A stretch of DNA of 64,000 nucleotides from the NCBI GenBank assembly GCA_051294905.1, contig CM119371.1, positions 12,340,001 through 12,404,000 on the forward strand. The letters are read 5' to 3'. The notes below the pieces were generated by a model. It was not told the DNA's origin. It saw only the letters and a list, made by a program, of their open reading frames with translations, and did no database searches. A program made the translations under genes and the position numbers. This stretch comes from Botryllus schlosseri (lineage: Eukaryota). Positions 1 to 14,200 of this stretch are shown here, piece by piece. Position 1 is the first letter of the stretch. Each line of letters opens with the position of its first letter.

Positions 1-1199
1 ACTGGTTGATATACTGTATGTCTGCCACTGCAACAGCTTTCAAACCAGGCTTTTGGTTACGTAGTATTTACAATGCGAAAATAATAATTCACTACGGCTT
101 GTGAGAGCTACGATTAGGGGTGCGTCGTAAGCTAAACAAGTTTTTACAATTGCGTCGCAACTACTGCAGTTACGCTGCGCTTGAATTTCCTATTAGGTTT
201 ATTTGAATTATTCCACTTATGAAAAATTAACAATTATTCACGATTTTCATTCGCAATAATCCGGACTCAGACTCTCAGTCTCAGACTCAAATGTATTCGT
301 TGGCCAATTACCTAGTTTTGCTGACGTCACTGGCCGAAACATCAATAATAGCGGTATTCATTGTATAATTTTCAAGTAGGCCTTATATGACTGGTCCTTG
401 CAGACTGGCATTCCACAAACACAGTCAAAATTTAATTTCCTATTGTAAGTTACTATCCACGTTTGACACGAGAAAAATATTATTTTTAAATATTTGAATA
501 AAATAGTTTTTGTGCTGGGCAAAATTTGTCAAAATAATGAGGTATTGACACCATGCTAGATCACGAATGCATCACGACATCGTAAAAACTGTCGTGTTAT
601 AATATTGCAGCCAGCGGACATTCGACGTACCACAATTATCGGTAGAATCAGGGCCTACGCTACGTATCGTAGGCAGCGGAGGAATATTTTATAATTTACC
701 AAAGATTGATCAGATATCTGAGCATTTGAGCAGTGTAGCCTAATCGAGGTTTCTGGTATAATCCTGATAAGTCGGCTATTGTTTATTCCATTGTCAATAT
801 AAATTCAAATCAGCTTCAGATTTGCCTTCGACTGCAACTGATTAAAAACAACGTAAATATGATAATTATTTTGTCATAGCTATAGCAGTGTCTCTTTATC
901 TTTTTAGCGACCGTACTCCTTGTGCTTTCAGTAAAAGTTCTCGTTCCCTCGTTCATTTTCAACACAAGTTCCGATGGTATATATATTGAAATCACATTGT
1001 TTGTTTGCAAAATGATTTCAAGCTCTAGATAGCATATACGGCTAATTACACAATGCACCTCGTACTCCAGATGTCGTGAATACTACCATCACGAAACGGC
1101 GGGTCGCACAAAACATATTCGCGGGCCGCGTGTTTGAAACCTCTGCTTTACACAGTTTTGAGGATTCAATAATGACCAAAACTGCGGTAGCTTTTTTCA

Positions 1200-1872
1200 A
1201 CCAGAACTTGCAAGGGATATAAGCTTACGTCTTGACGGTCTAGGCTAGAGCGGACGATGTATTCGGCGTCTGATTATTGCTACATTGATAATGATTAGAG
1301 TGTAAAACCGGTTTCTATACTTGGTACCGATATTACCTCATAAACATGTCATACAGTAGCCAGTAGTTTTTATGATGCAATAGACATATCAAATCAGCTG
1401 GAGGCCGGACGCCTGGTTGATTATTTACATTAGACAGCGATGTATTCTTTATATCAACTTCATTGATTGGTTCAATGAACAGATTTCGCTGACTCAACAC
1501 GTACCGTTTGTCGTTCTTTATGTTGTGTGATTCAGGACCAAGCTCACAGAAGATTCACTAAATATTCACAGATGGAAAGCTGGATATTTCGAGCATACTT
1601 CTATAAGAAAGCAACTAAAGTATTGTGAAATTAGCAGGTTGCATGCTCATTTAGGATTATTTTTTTATGCTTCCACCGCCACGGAGAGAGTGGTCGAAGC
1701 GGAAATGCAAAGAAACTCAACCGAAGATGTCATAATGACTTGAAAAATTGTAATACTCGTAAAAGCTCCACAGTGCAGAACCTACCAAAGTTCGTTTGTG
1801 AACACGAACCTCTAAATTTCTGAAGTTCACACACATAAAGCGAACGTGAACTTCTCCTTCTCACCATCCCTA
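1200..1872 (-). mobile_element. Degenerate inverted partial copy of the hAT-type element at 39019-40956
   Basis: Ends ...caccatcccta; internal similarity to 39019-39110 and 40060-40630; left limit approximate. Confidence 0.6.
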
Positions 1873-1919
1873 ATTATTACCCAACGAGGATGGAATAATT
1901 TGAGAATCTTCTTACCGAG

Positions 1920-2252
1920 ATCGACAAATTTGATATGACACAAAATACAAGCTGGTCAAACGTGGATTGTTGGCTGGAGGTTTTGAAAAATATGGAAGTT
2001 ACTACGTTACTCATGGATATACATCGCGGTGGACAGGTAAAGAAGAAAATTTTGATTTTGAGTCCGTGATTTTTTGGCCATACTCTGTACACTGTACATC
2101 TATATTGTTTTTAGAATTGTGAAGATATTGATTTCGAACTTTTAACTGCAATGGAAAGGACTGTTTCTCAAATCGAAATAGTTGTGGAATATCTTCGTAT
2201 CAATATTAAAGAATTCAAAGAAATTATCAAGTCTAATTTGAGGTTGACGAAA
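1920..2252 (+). CDS. Divergent exon pair (1920-2036, 2115-2252)
   Basis: IDKFDMTQNTSWSNVDCWLEVLKNMEVTTLLMDIHRGGQ|gtaaag; tttttag|NCEDIDFELL...SNLRLTK|gtatgt; first acceptor (ccgag) is weak. Confidence 0.55.
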
Positions 2253-5200
2253 GTATGTACTGATTAAATGGGTACTTCATGATGTAGAAATTTTGTATGC
2301 TAGCCTACTCCACAGATAACACTGCTGAATACAATATACGCAATTCACACAACTGTAATAAATATGCATCCTCATGCCATTATTTAATCAATTGGAATCG
2401 TTGTCGGTTTCAGAACCTTGTAAAACGAATACGCCAAGTAACGATTTTATATCATGTTAGGTCAAACAACTGTGGATAAGCTCTGACGAGGTAACATTCG
2501 TAAAGGAACTTTGGCGAACAACATTTCAACGGATATCATTCAGTGTTGATCAATGTTTTGTCGAACTTCCCAGAGTGGAGCAGGTGACGCGACAATGAAG
2601 TTGAAAGACTGTATTTCGAACTAACTCATTCTCGTGCTTCAGACGAAGATAATCCATCTTAAATCATGGACCGACGTAGCAGAAACTGCGAAAATTGAAA
2701 CCGTTAAAGAAGTATCTGTACATTCAGATCAACCTGTGTCATTTCAAATCTATGACATCGGAGAAGTTGAAAATATGATTGGACTGGATTTTTGTGGGAC
2801 GGTAAAAATTTTTGTGATTAAATCGATTTTGAAAGATGTTTTTCTAACTTCACCCAGCAACTATAACCTCCGATCAGCCACTCGTGACCACTCGTGTTAC
2901 TGCATGTCTCCTAAATAAGAATTAGACCTCCAGCTAATACTTTTCCATAGATAATCTTCTAATCGTGAATCATGAATGAATATACAGTTTGTACCAATGT
3001 GGTTTGGGGGTGTGAAGAAGCTTTTGCGATATTTTAGCATCAGGTTGCTTTGCGATAGGTATGGGATGTACGTGAATTTACAAGCTGGTATGTAATCCTG
3101 ATTGACACAGACAGCATGCATGTAGGTAGTCGGTAAAATTACAGTCTGAGTGGCAAATATACAGGATACAATGTAGATTGGATATACCGGAGGTGACTGT
3201 AACATTACAGTCTGGCGTGTAAAGTGAGATTACCGGACGAGTGTAAGTGAAATTAACTTTGACTAACGGTAATGTTAAATTACCACGAAATGTCTGGCTA
3301 CCGTGCTTCGAAACATTTCGCGGCAAATCCAGTTTTTTTTTATAGTCCAGTAGACCTTATTTGACGGGACCTTGGATACAGGAATTCCACAGACATCGTG
3401 AAAATGTAATTTGCTGTTGTATCATTCACACGTAAAATTTGCCGCTTTATAATATTGCAGCTAGCGGACATTTCACGTGCCACATTCCTATGTAAAATAT
3501 CTTAGAATATGCTAAAATTGATCTGATATCAGAGCATTTGAGCCGTGTAGCCTATCCGGGTTTCTGATATAGTCCTGATAAGTAGGCTATTGCTCATGTC
3601 ATTGCCAAAGTCCAATTAAATCAGCGTTTGATAGGCCCTCGATTATTATAACACATAAATAATGACTTAAATATAATCATTAATTTACCATAGTATTAGC
3701 ATTGTTTCTTTGCCCCTGTCCATTTGCTGCACAATTTTTGATGGTAGCCTACCTTAAAATTAAAATAACATAAAATCGTGCGTAGCGCGAAGACTATTTT
3801 TCAGTTGAAAGAATTGTACCAGAAAATATCCCACAGTATATGGACCTAATTCGGCAATGCATCTCGTAACCCGAAGGTATCCACGGACCCCTGGTTATAA
3901 GAACCTTTGGGATATAAATGTCCAATAGCCGAGGAATCCATTGGTGATACAGCTGTGGAGCGTACCAATACCTTACTCGACACCAGCGATAATAACATGG
4001 CCACACCCTTTAATTTTCACTGGAATATTGTATTATCAAGCATATATAGATAATAGTATAAAAATTGTATCACGAACCGTAGGGATTTTATTCTAGCAAG
4101 TAGCAACACCACTATTCGCGAACAATGGAATTGATGAGGATGATCGGCTGGTTGCATACACATATGGGCAGTAAGTATATGAATTGCAAATATAGATGAG
4201 TTGTATCAATTTCAGATCTTAAACTTATGGGTGAAGGTTCAATTCGATTCATTTGATCCATACTTATGGCGAGAAACCTTTCGAAACATGAAATGCACCG
4301 TTATCAGTTGCATTGTTGCTCCTGAAATACCAGAGGTAATGTTGAATAAATATTCAACTAATACGACGCTAATATATCCGCTGGTCGACATTTACAGTGT
4401 GGAAAAATAGACGTGAAAAAATGGATCGAAGCTGCCAAAATCGCAGAAGTGGGGCCAATTGATGAGGTCGTCTTGTCTTCGGTTTATAGTATTGAAGTCG
4501 GAATCGAAGACATCCGATTACTGAATACAATACAATATCGCGGGAAGGTGAATAGAATCAACTAATTGAACAGTAAAAATTACAGATTTGTGATTGGGAC
4601 TTTGTAATGGCAATCATATCATCTCTGTCGTCAGGGCCGCGCAACTGCCGAAACACATACTCCTTGATTTGTGGTGGGGCGAGCTTGAAGGGTGGGGGTG
4701 AATCATTGTGTGAATATCAGAAAGTATATAATATTTATTTGGAGATTTGTGCAATGGTTTTCAAATAATCCATGCGCGTCGCGTTATTTAATGTCTCTAA
4801 CTGATAAAAACAGCTGATGTAATATGAGTACCGGTCCCTACAAGAGAGGAAATACTCATCAGTTATAGAACTACGCAATTCGAGTCAGACATTACCGTGT
4901 TACTACGAATCAAAGCATATGAAGTTCCCTCTAACATGGGACTCCGACAATTATGGCATTAGGTAGGATACCGACATGCGATTGTGCGACTAAATAAGAG
5001 ACCTCTCAGGTTTGGAACTAGTTGCCGTGTTTAAATTGTTTTTGAATGATGCCATAACTAACTAATACTGCAGGGACGGCTGTTTTTGGATTGTTGTGCA
5101 TATATGTTTACTTGCCGTTTATATCAGCTTACAGCATGAGATAGTATGGTTGGTAGTATTGCACTCCCAATTGGCGACATCCGATTACTGAATGCAATAC

Positions 5201-8200
5201 AATATCGCCAAGAGGTGAACATAATAAATAAATAAATAATGATAATAATGAAATATTTGAACAGTAAAAAATATAGATTTCTGATTTGGGATTTTGTAAT
5301 GGCAATCATGTCATCTTTGTTGTCAGGGCCGTAATTACTGCACCCCACGCCCCCTAATTGGGGACGGGGCGAGCTCGAAGAGGGGCAATATTATTATGTG
5401 ATTCGATACAGATTATATAATATTTATTTGTTGATTTTGGCAATATATCCCAAATTATATTCGCACCGCTTAGAAATTTAATGTCGCTAACTAATTCCTG
5501 ATATAATATGATTACCTATGCCTACAAAAAATTACTTTTAAGTTAAAGAAATAGGCATTTAGCGTCGGTCATTACCGTATCACAGGGGTCACCAACACGC
5601 AGCCCGCGGGCCGCATGCGGCCCACGAGGTTATATTTTGCGGCCCGCGACTTGATTTGAGATTTCGGAAGAAAGCTAAGAAAACATTTTGCAAATGCTGA
5701 GATTGACCTTCAATGGCCGAAATACTGCCAAGACCGAGACGCTTAGAAAACGCCTTAGGGCAGTGGTTCTGAAACTGTGGGCGCGTCCCCTTGTGGGGGC
5801 GTGAAAGCATCTGAAGGGGGCGCGGAGCTGCAGTCAACTGAAATTTACCACGAGTTCATACTTATAGTTATTGCTCTGTGTACAGTCCCGAATTCCTATA
5901 TAGAATTCTCTCATCAACATTCATAACCATCCATGCCATTAAACTATCCGTTCGGATTGCTAGCTTTATGGATGCATTTTGTGATGTGACAATAAGGGGG
6001 GACGACAATTTTCAGTATCATAAAGCGGGAAATGTCTAAAAAGGTTTGAGAACCACTGGCTTAGGGCTTCTTCACAAGATCAAGATTTACGTGGAGATGG
6101 TCTTTCATCTAGTAACGTATCTCGCTAGCCCCAAAAAGCGTTTCAAGGTATCGTGCACAGCTCAGAGCTCAAAATAAAATGAAATTGATGACGGCGATAT
6201 TCTGTTGTATATTTATTCCTTTAATAAAATGTTACTTCTTTTGTGATCACTATGCCCATCGCCTATGTTAGGTGGCACAGTGTACTGTACTGACGTAGAG
6301 TTTTGAAACATGGTTGCCTAATTTATATCGATATTGAATTCATGCGGCCCCCGGCCGCTACAAAATTTGAAAAGTGGCCCGCGACCCGTTTTGAGTTGGC
6401 GACCCCTGTCGTATCACGATAACTCTAGGCCTATGAAGATTCCGCTAACATCGGACAGAGAGAATCATGCTGAAAAATATCGGCGAGGATAAAATGTTGG
6501 TCGAAATTAACGATCCATGTTGACCGAAACCTTTCTAATGGTCCAAGTTCTACAGGCCCTTAAATTCAACGGATAAATGCCATCCGCAGAGAAAACGGTG
6601 CGCTCCGTTAAGTAATGTAAATGTTACATTGTGCTCGTCGCACAGAAGTTACCCATTTAGTTTAGTCTGGTACGATTGATAATATTACTATCTTTTGTCA
6701 GATAGCGAAAGGATGGTCACGGAATAACAACATGCAAAAATGTCAATTCAATAACGGGCCAATTTGAATATGAATAATAATTATTAATTGGTTGCCCATT
6801 ACTTCCCTCAGTTGTACTGATAAATCTGATCACGAAAGCTGAGAAAGAATAAAAATTGATAGGAATATATATCCGATCACCAATAATATTGATCGAATTT
6901 AATCATGAATTTTAAAATTATAGTCGCCTAATGCAGCCACACATCAGAAAGACAATGACAGTTGATAACAAGAGAATTCGCGCTCAAAAGTAGTGACCAA
7001 AACTTTATTCGCAACGACGGCTTTTGTTCGGATTCCTCTCGAGGTTTGGCTTACCACGCCATGGTGGATCCAAAAACTACGTTTTGGGAGCAGGACGGAG
7101 TCCTGTTTGGTCCCTAGGCCGTCGTTGATAAATTGAATTGAATAATTCTGTGTTGCCATAAAATGCGACACACACAAAAAAATCTGGTAGATTTTACAAA
7201 GAAATTTCTGTAAATTTTACAGCGAATTACCGGTCGCAGCCAATAGCAGCGTGTAGCTTGTCACTTTACATTTTGATATGTAATATTACATTCATTTAGC
7301 TGCTAAGTCAAGTTACCAGAATTTCTTCGTAAGATTACTAACAGTTACTCGCTACGGCATTTTGCCAAGCTATTTGCAAAATTGATTAGCTTCCAAGCCC
7401 CAGCAACCAGTGGATACGTGCAAGTGCATGTGACTGTGATATCATTCTCGTTGCGATTTGACCTGATTCAACCTCGTTCGCGAGACAGGATTAGGTCACA
7501 CGGAACTGGTTGACCCTAGTACCAATTTCGGTATATTGCACAGTTGGGTGCAAGAAGCAGCTGACAATGTAGTTACACCATATACATTATATTATAAGGC
7601 TATGGCTACACGGTCGGTCTCGGCGGTTAGATTTGTTGTAACAGATAGGGCTAATGAGTTACAAAAATCAGTTTAGGATACATAATCTTGTTCCTGAAAC
7701 TAGAAATATCAGCACAGCAAGCAGGCTCAGTTGACCATTTCTTAATGGCGGACACGGCGACCTATAATAGGTTACCTCAGGTTGCGCGTTGCAGGTTTTT
7801 CTGAGATTCGTAGTAAACAACCAACAATCAACTGTGACATCACAAATAGCGTCCGGTTAGGTAAGTAAGTAGGGAACCACACGTGGAGCAATAAATATCA
7901 ATATATACGAAATTAGATGCAAAAGAAAGGGACTATAGGTGTTGATAGATGTTTCTGTATGAAAAACCAACCTGGATTGAACATTATAACGTGGACAGTA
8001 AATATTATTGGTGGCATATGTGAGCGGATGAATATCACTTATTTCAAAGTCGTCTGCGTGTCGAGCCGAGTAGCCGACTGGTCGCCATTAATATTGAGCT
8101 TTGGGCATGCAAAGGCTTACGGTGCGAAGCTTGTGACTTGTGATTGAAGAAAGTATAGAGACTTTCGTTGAAGATTCTCAGGACTGATGAATGGGATGCG

Positions 8201-11200
8201 CATCGTAAAAGGTACAGTAGCCTACTGTATAGTTTTAGTTACCGTGAATATCTACGACTGTACACTAGGGCTGTTCAAAAATAACTTTTTTTTTCAGATT
8301 CCAGCCATTCACTGATTAAATTGTCAGGTTACCCTAAAAAACACTGCACACCAAATTTGGTTCGATTCTAACAAGTATAGGACTCCGTAGATCCAATTAA
8401 AAATTTTAATTTATTATGTAAAATTAAAAAAAAAAATTCCAAATTTTTCTGCCAACCCCATGAAATTGTTGAGCTGTCTTCAAAGACGTTGCAAAACCAA
8501 TTTGAGTCAATTCCGACCAGTAGAAGCGGAGTTAGGTGAGTTTTTCGTTGATAAATCGCAGATTATCACCGATCAAGGATGATCCGAGGATTATCATCGA
8601 AAAACTCACCTAACTCCGCTTCTGCTGGTCGGAATTGACTCAAATTTGATTTGCAACGTATTTGAAGACAGCTCAACAATTTCATGGGGTTGGCAGTAAA
8701 ATTTGGATTTTTTTTTTAAATTTTACATAATAAATTAAGAAATTTAATTGGGTCTGCGGATGCCTTTACTGGTTGGAATCGAGTGAAATTTGGTGATCAA
8801 GGTTTTCTACTGCAACCTGACGATTTAAGAGGTGACCGGCTTGAATCGGGAAAAAAAAGTTATTTTTGAACAGCCCTACTGTACACACCACCCGGATGAC
8901 TTTGGTTTCATGATTTAAATATTTCAGTCGCCCCATTTTCAGTTCTATTTTGGGATATAAGTCGACTTGTATAATGACCTGAGACACCACATACTCTGCC
9001 GCGGAGTAGTTGAAACTGTTAGCTTGTTATTGACATTTATCGGGTCATAGCTTAGATATGTTTTCATCCACTGCTCGATATGTTTGGCTCACATGCCGCA
9101 TCAAATGAGGCACCTTTTCTTTCAATACATTGATCATTTAAGTCATGAATCTCTGATATATCATGTCAAATGAGGAGTCGTCAACTCACAATGTACCAGT
9201 ACCGGTACTTCAAAAGTTGTTATATTTCTGTTAGCCTTTTTGTCTTAGTCTTTATAAGTCATGTCTAGGTTAGCAACTTGGCTTAGTATAGCGACTTACG
9301 CATGAATTATTTTTAGTGGAATTGCAAGATACTAGTCGCACAGAAGGAATGAAGACGAGAAAAAGAAACAATTGGATGTTTATCCGGCGTTGGAATTAAT
9401 TCGCCTTTTCTTGGGACCACTCGTGCTATATTTGCATGCCTCCTAAACAAGAATTATACCTCCAGCAGCAATACTTTTTCATCGTGAATCATGAATGAAT
9501 ATACAGTTGTCCTAATGTCGTCTTGAGAGCGTGAAGAAACTTTTGCGGTATTTTGGCATCGCGTTGCTTTGGGATAGGTATGGATGTAGGCTGAGACGTG
9601 AATTTACAAGCTGACATGTAATCTGATTTACAAGGACAGCATGTAGGGTTGTAGGTAGGTAGGTAGGTAAGGCGGTAAAATTACAGTCTCGGTGGTAAAT
9701 GTACACAGAAGAAAATGTAGATTGAATATACCAGAGGTGACTGTAACATTACAGTCTGGCATGTAAAGTTAGATTACCGGACGGCTGTAAGTTGAATTTA
9801 TATTGAGTGACGGTAATGTTATATTACTGCCAAGTGGCTTGCCACCCTGCTTCCAGACATTTCGCGGTAAATCGAGGTAATTTTTTTTTCAGTGCACCTA
9901 AGTGAGACATTACACAAAATGTGTACTAATTATGCATACTCTGAGTAGCTACTTTGATTAAAATCTTTGTTTGGTAGATTCAAAGGGCATTTATACATCG
10001 CATATGACAAGGAATTTTATAAGGAAATTTGGTATTTCTCCATAACGTCCTTCACGTTCCTTCACGCGAATCTACTGTAGTTACTTCTAATCCAGAGTCA
10101 TCCACTGATCGGGTAACATCCGATACCAGTCACAATTTAACATCGGTGAATGGATGGTAAGACGCAACTATGACTGTTAAAATCGTCATGTAATTAGTAT
10201 TCTTGCATTTGATAAAACACGAAAGCTTCAGCAATCCTGCGATCCTCGCTATTCCTTCCTAAGCGTTGGAGGTTTATCTAGGCTCCTCCTCGCCATGTTA
10301 TTCGTGCGAGCCAGGGGTGGCCAAATTTGTGCGTATGTGTGTCGCAGAAAGCCAATACTATGGTTTACAACCCTCCAAAAACTGGGCTTTCTTCACCAGT
10401 AAAAAGATGCCCGACAAGCGCGAATATCACGAGATCTCGCCCCAACAAGTTCTTCAACGCGTTATTAAAGTAGGAAGGTATTACGCAAGAAAACGAAACA
10501 AATTAATAAAATGAATTTCCTGGATCGAAGATGAAAATGCACCCCCTCCCCCGTAGCTCTTGTGGAATATGAAGGTGAGCCAGTGGAATGTAAAGTTACG
10601 GAAACAGCCGTGAAAATAAGGAACACTATTCGGACGCATCCTAACGTTATGGCGGAAATAAAAGAGAAATGCTCCAATATTCCCGCAAATATCCTTCACG
10701 GCAAGTTGCAGACGGAGGCGACAGAACAGCAGGCCACGAAACCCGTATCAAATCCAACAAACCAAATATTGGACAAAACATGAGCAATCTGACAAGAAGA
10801 TTTATACTAAGGGAGGGTTTGCTGACGAAATGCTGCAAGTGGATAACATGGCACGGACATACAATTTTGGTAAAAAAGTCATCCATTCTGAAGACAGTCC
10901 TCCTAGCATGATTTTGAACACTGACGAACAAATGATAGATTTGAAAAATCAATGCGTTGCAGGTAACGCGGTTCTTGGCTTCGACAAAACATACAACTTG
11001 CTAAACGTCTACGTGACTGCTGTAGTAATAAAAAACATGAAACTAATCAGTGGTAGAACCAATGATCACCCTCTCTTTATTGGTCGATTGTATTTGCACA
11101 ACAAATCGGATACTGGAACGTATAAAGACTTTTTAGCCAGCTCGCAATATCTCTTGGTTCAGACTTCACTCGGTTAACTGTTGGAACTGATAACGAAATA

Positions 11201-14200
11201 GCTCTTCATACAACCACCGAGAGCTCATTTCTCAAGTGTACACATATACTTTGCCTGAAACATTTGAAGGAAAATCTTAACGAGAAGCTGCAAAATGGTA
11301 TTGGAGTCAGCAATGTTATAAGGCAGAGTTTAGTCAAAAATGTTTTGAGTCTTCTCGACAATATCACGGAAGATGAGTTCGAACAACGTCAAAATCAAGT
11401 TCTTTCACGCTGCCATTCGGACTGCCCAAAGGTGATTCCATACCTTCAGAACGGAATGTTTAATTTGCTAAAAAATAAAGTTTGGAAAACTGACAAGATA
11501 TCTCCCGGAAACATATTTTGGACAAATAACAACAACGAGAGTATGAACCATGTCTATAAACGACTTACTGGTTGGAAACTTGAAAAGATTACAAAACTGA
11601 TTGACACCTTGTACACGGCAGTTTCGACGCAATATGTTGATGCTCGGCGAAGCATAACTAATGCTGGGCCCTATCGTATGATCGGTTGCTGCAATAAATC
11701 TCTTGTACCGCAGCGGGATTGGAGCCTTTTTACCGATGAGCAAAAGGAAATGATTTACCATGATTTCTTGAAGTAGGCCTACATTCCCCGGAAAAATTTG
11801 CATGCTGATAAAAAGACTTCTGTTTCCAGCGATTCGAAGATGATCACAAGAACTCCACCAAATCGTAGTGGAAGTAAACCAGGCCAATATTCCAGATCTG
11901 CCATCAAGCAAAAAACGAAGAAAAAATACTCGTGATTATTGATTGTTGTTAGTATTAGTACAGATGCAGCTACTTGATGTACGTTGTTGAATAAAATCAG
12001 TTTCGTTTGGTTATTGAATTTTTTTATTTTTGAACAAGCTAGGGGTTCATTTAAAACAGCTGGGAAGTGGGCATTCATTGGCACGATTGAACTCAACGGA
12101 AGTGGGGTCATGTAGTTAGTTGCGGATGTTTAACGGTCGTTATTTCTAGTTCTAGTTCTAGTCGGGGTTTTGAAAAGTTAATAGTTCTAGTTATATAGTT
12201 GCACTTTTTGAAAATCCAGTAGTTTGTACAGTCTAATGCAGAGGTCTCAAACACGCGGCCCGCGGGCCGCATGCGGCCCTCGAGAACGTTTTGTGCGGCC
12301 CGCGAAGGCATTTTTCAATTTCAAGTATTCGATAATATATTCTAGTGTCATATATCTTTTTTTAGATTTAGGAACTTGAAGTTCACTCTAAAACTACTAC
12401 AAAAACCTGAAATCTAAACAAACTTCACTATCACATCGCTTCCTAAAATCTACCATGCAGTGGAAGATCGCTATTACGTCACATTTCAGGTTCATGATGA
12501 CAAAACATGAACCGTTGATGATTCGTGACTGAAAATTGTGATTTTGTTTGGTGCGACCTTTCGTCAAATTACTCGATTTTGGATTGACTGAGTGATAAAC
12601 TAAAAATGACTCGAGTTGAGTAGGGTCGAACGTTAAAATCAGAGAAGGACTTTCCTCTCGGAATAGTGATTTGGCAATCCTACGGACGCAAAAATCTAGG
12701 AAGCTGTCGTGGGGAATAGTAATATATCAAAAGCCCGTAGCTTGCGTTGCGTAGGGTATATAGAATATAGAAATCTAATCAGGTCTGTATGGAAACCATT
12801 GGCATTCTGTGGCCCCCGTGACCAGGGCTTTGGAGCCGGAGCCGGAGCCCGGAGCTGGAGCCCCGGAGCCGAGCATTTTCACCGGAGCTGGAGCCGGAGC
12901 CGGAGCTCTACATAAAATCTAGCCGGAGCCGGAGCCGGAGCTGGAGCGCGTTATTTAAGGAGTAGCTCCGGCTCTGACCTATTTCATAAGATGCTATTAT
13001 ATATGCAACAACCACATCTGCTGATTTATCATAATTGAACACCAGGCCTGAATTTTAATGCTGTGCACAGCAATGGCATGGAGTAAATTGCGTTCTAGTG
13101 CAACTATGATGTTGTCGACAATTGACAAGTATTCAGTATGAAGTCAAAAGCCGGTACGGCGGCACCTATATGTCTTTGTTGCTACATCGGATGTTACTGA
13201 CGGCTGACGGACTCTAGATTACTATAGATAACTAACCTATTAGTAGATTGGTAATCTATATAGACCAGGAATGGCCAACCTTTTCGGCTAAAGGGGCACA
13301 TGAAATTGACGAACGAGTGCGCGATCCACTAGCCACGCCAAGCGGGTAAAATTTTCCAAGTTTATAAATAAAGTAGGTGAGTATTGCGGGTCTATTGTAT
13401 ACCACCCGCTAGGCTCAGTTTGCAAGGACACGACTATTCGGCGTCTGGACACATCGTTATCGAAGGTCTCCGATAATATGCGACAATCATTTTGTGCCTA
13501 CATTTCACCGTCGACGATTTTATGCGAGCGCAAACGCGAAAACACTTTCTTCCGTAATTGCGAATACGGTTAGACTCAATCGGGTAAATTAGGCTTTTTT
13601 TCATTTTCAGTAGGGGGTAGGCTACCAAGCAAGAAATCGTGTGACAATTAAACACGCAAAGCGTGAAGAAAAATTTCGCTACTATTCTAGCTTATTGTAA
13701 TGTACGACGATTTACTCAAAATGTGACTGGACCCTGGATCTGCCAATGCGTCGGAACTGATATTTTAGTCATCAGCATCCCAAGTGTTGCAGCCAGAATT
13801 ATAATTTTTGGTTGGCAGTGCAAGTTCACAATCTGAGCAATTCATTTTCGATAATATAATAGGACATTACCTCGCGGGCCACGCTAAACCCTCTCGCGGG
13901 CCACATTTGCGGTCCACCCCTGATATAGACAGGACCATTCGATAATTTTAGAGCCGGAGCCGGAGCTGGAGCCGAAGCAGTGGTTATAATGCGGCTCCGG
14001 ACCTGGAGCCGGAGCTAATGTATGATAGAAGAGAGCTCCGGAGCCGGAGCTGGAGCAGTTAAAATTTACGGCTGCTCCAAAGCCCTGCCCGTGACGTATA
14101 TTTGGTTACATCCTGGATGTTGTTTGTTCTCTCTGTCCATGTTATTATCGGTGGCGAGTAAGGTAGTGGTACGCTCCACAACTGTAACACCAATGGATTC

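Noticed and set aside
1536..1637. Upstream candidate exon
   Set aside because: Phase incompatible with the following exons and overlaps a degenerate TE copy
3804..3876. Exon-like LKELY..IW segment
   Set aside because: Contains an in-frame stop; at best a decayed exon
7917..9706. Small ORFs repeated in both CMC copies (also 50482-50676, 58755-58982)
   Set aside because: Identity reflects recent DNA duplication; no protein motifs
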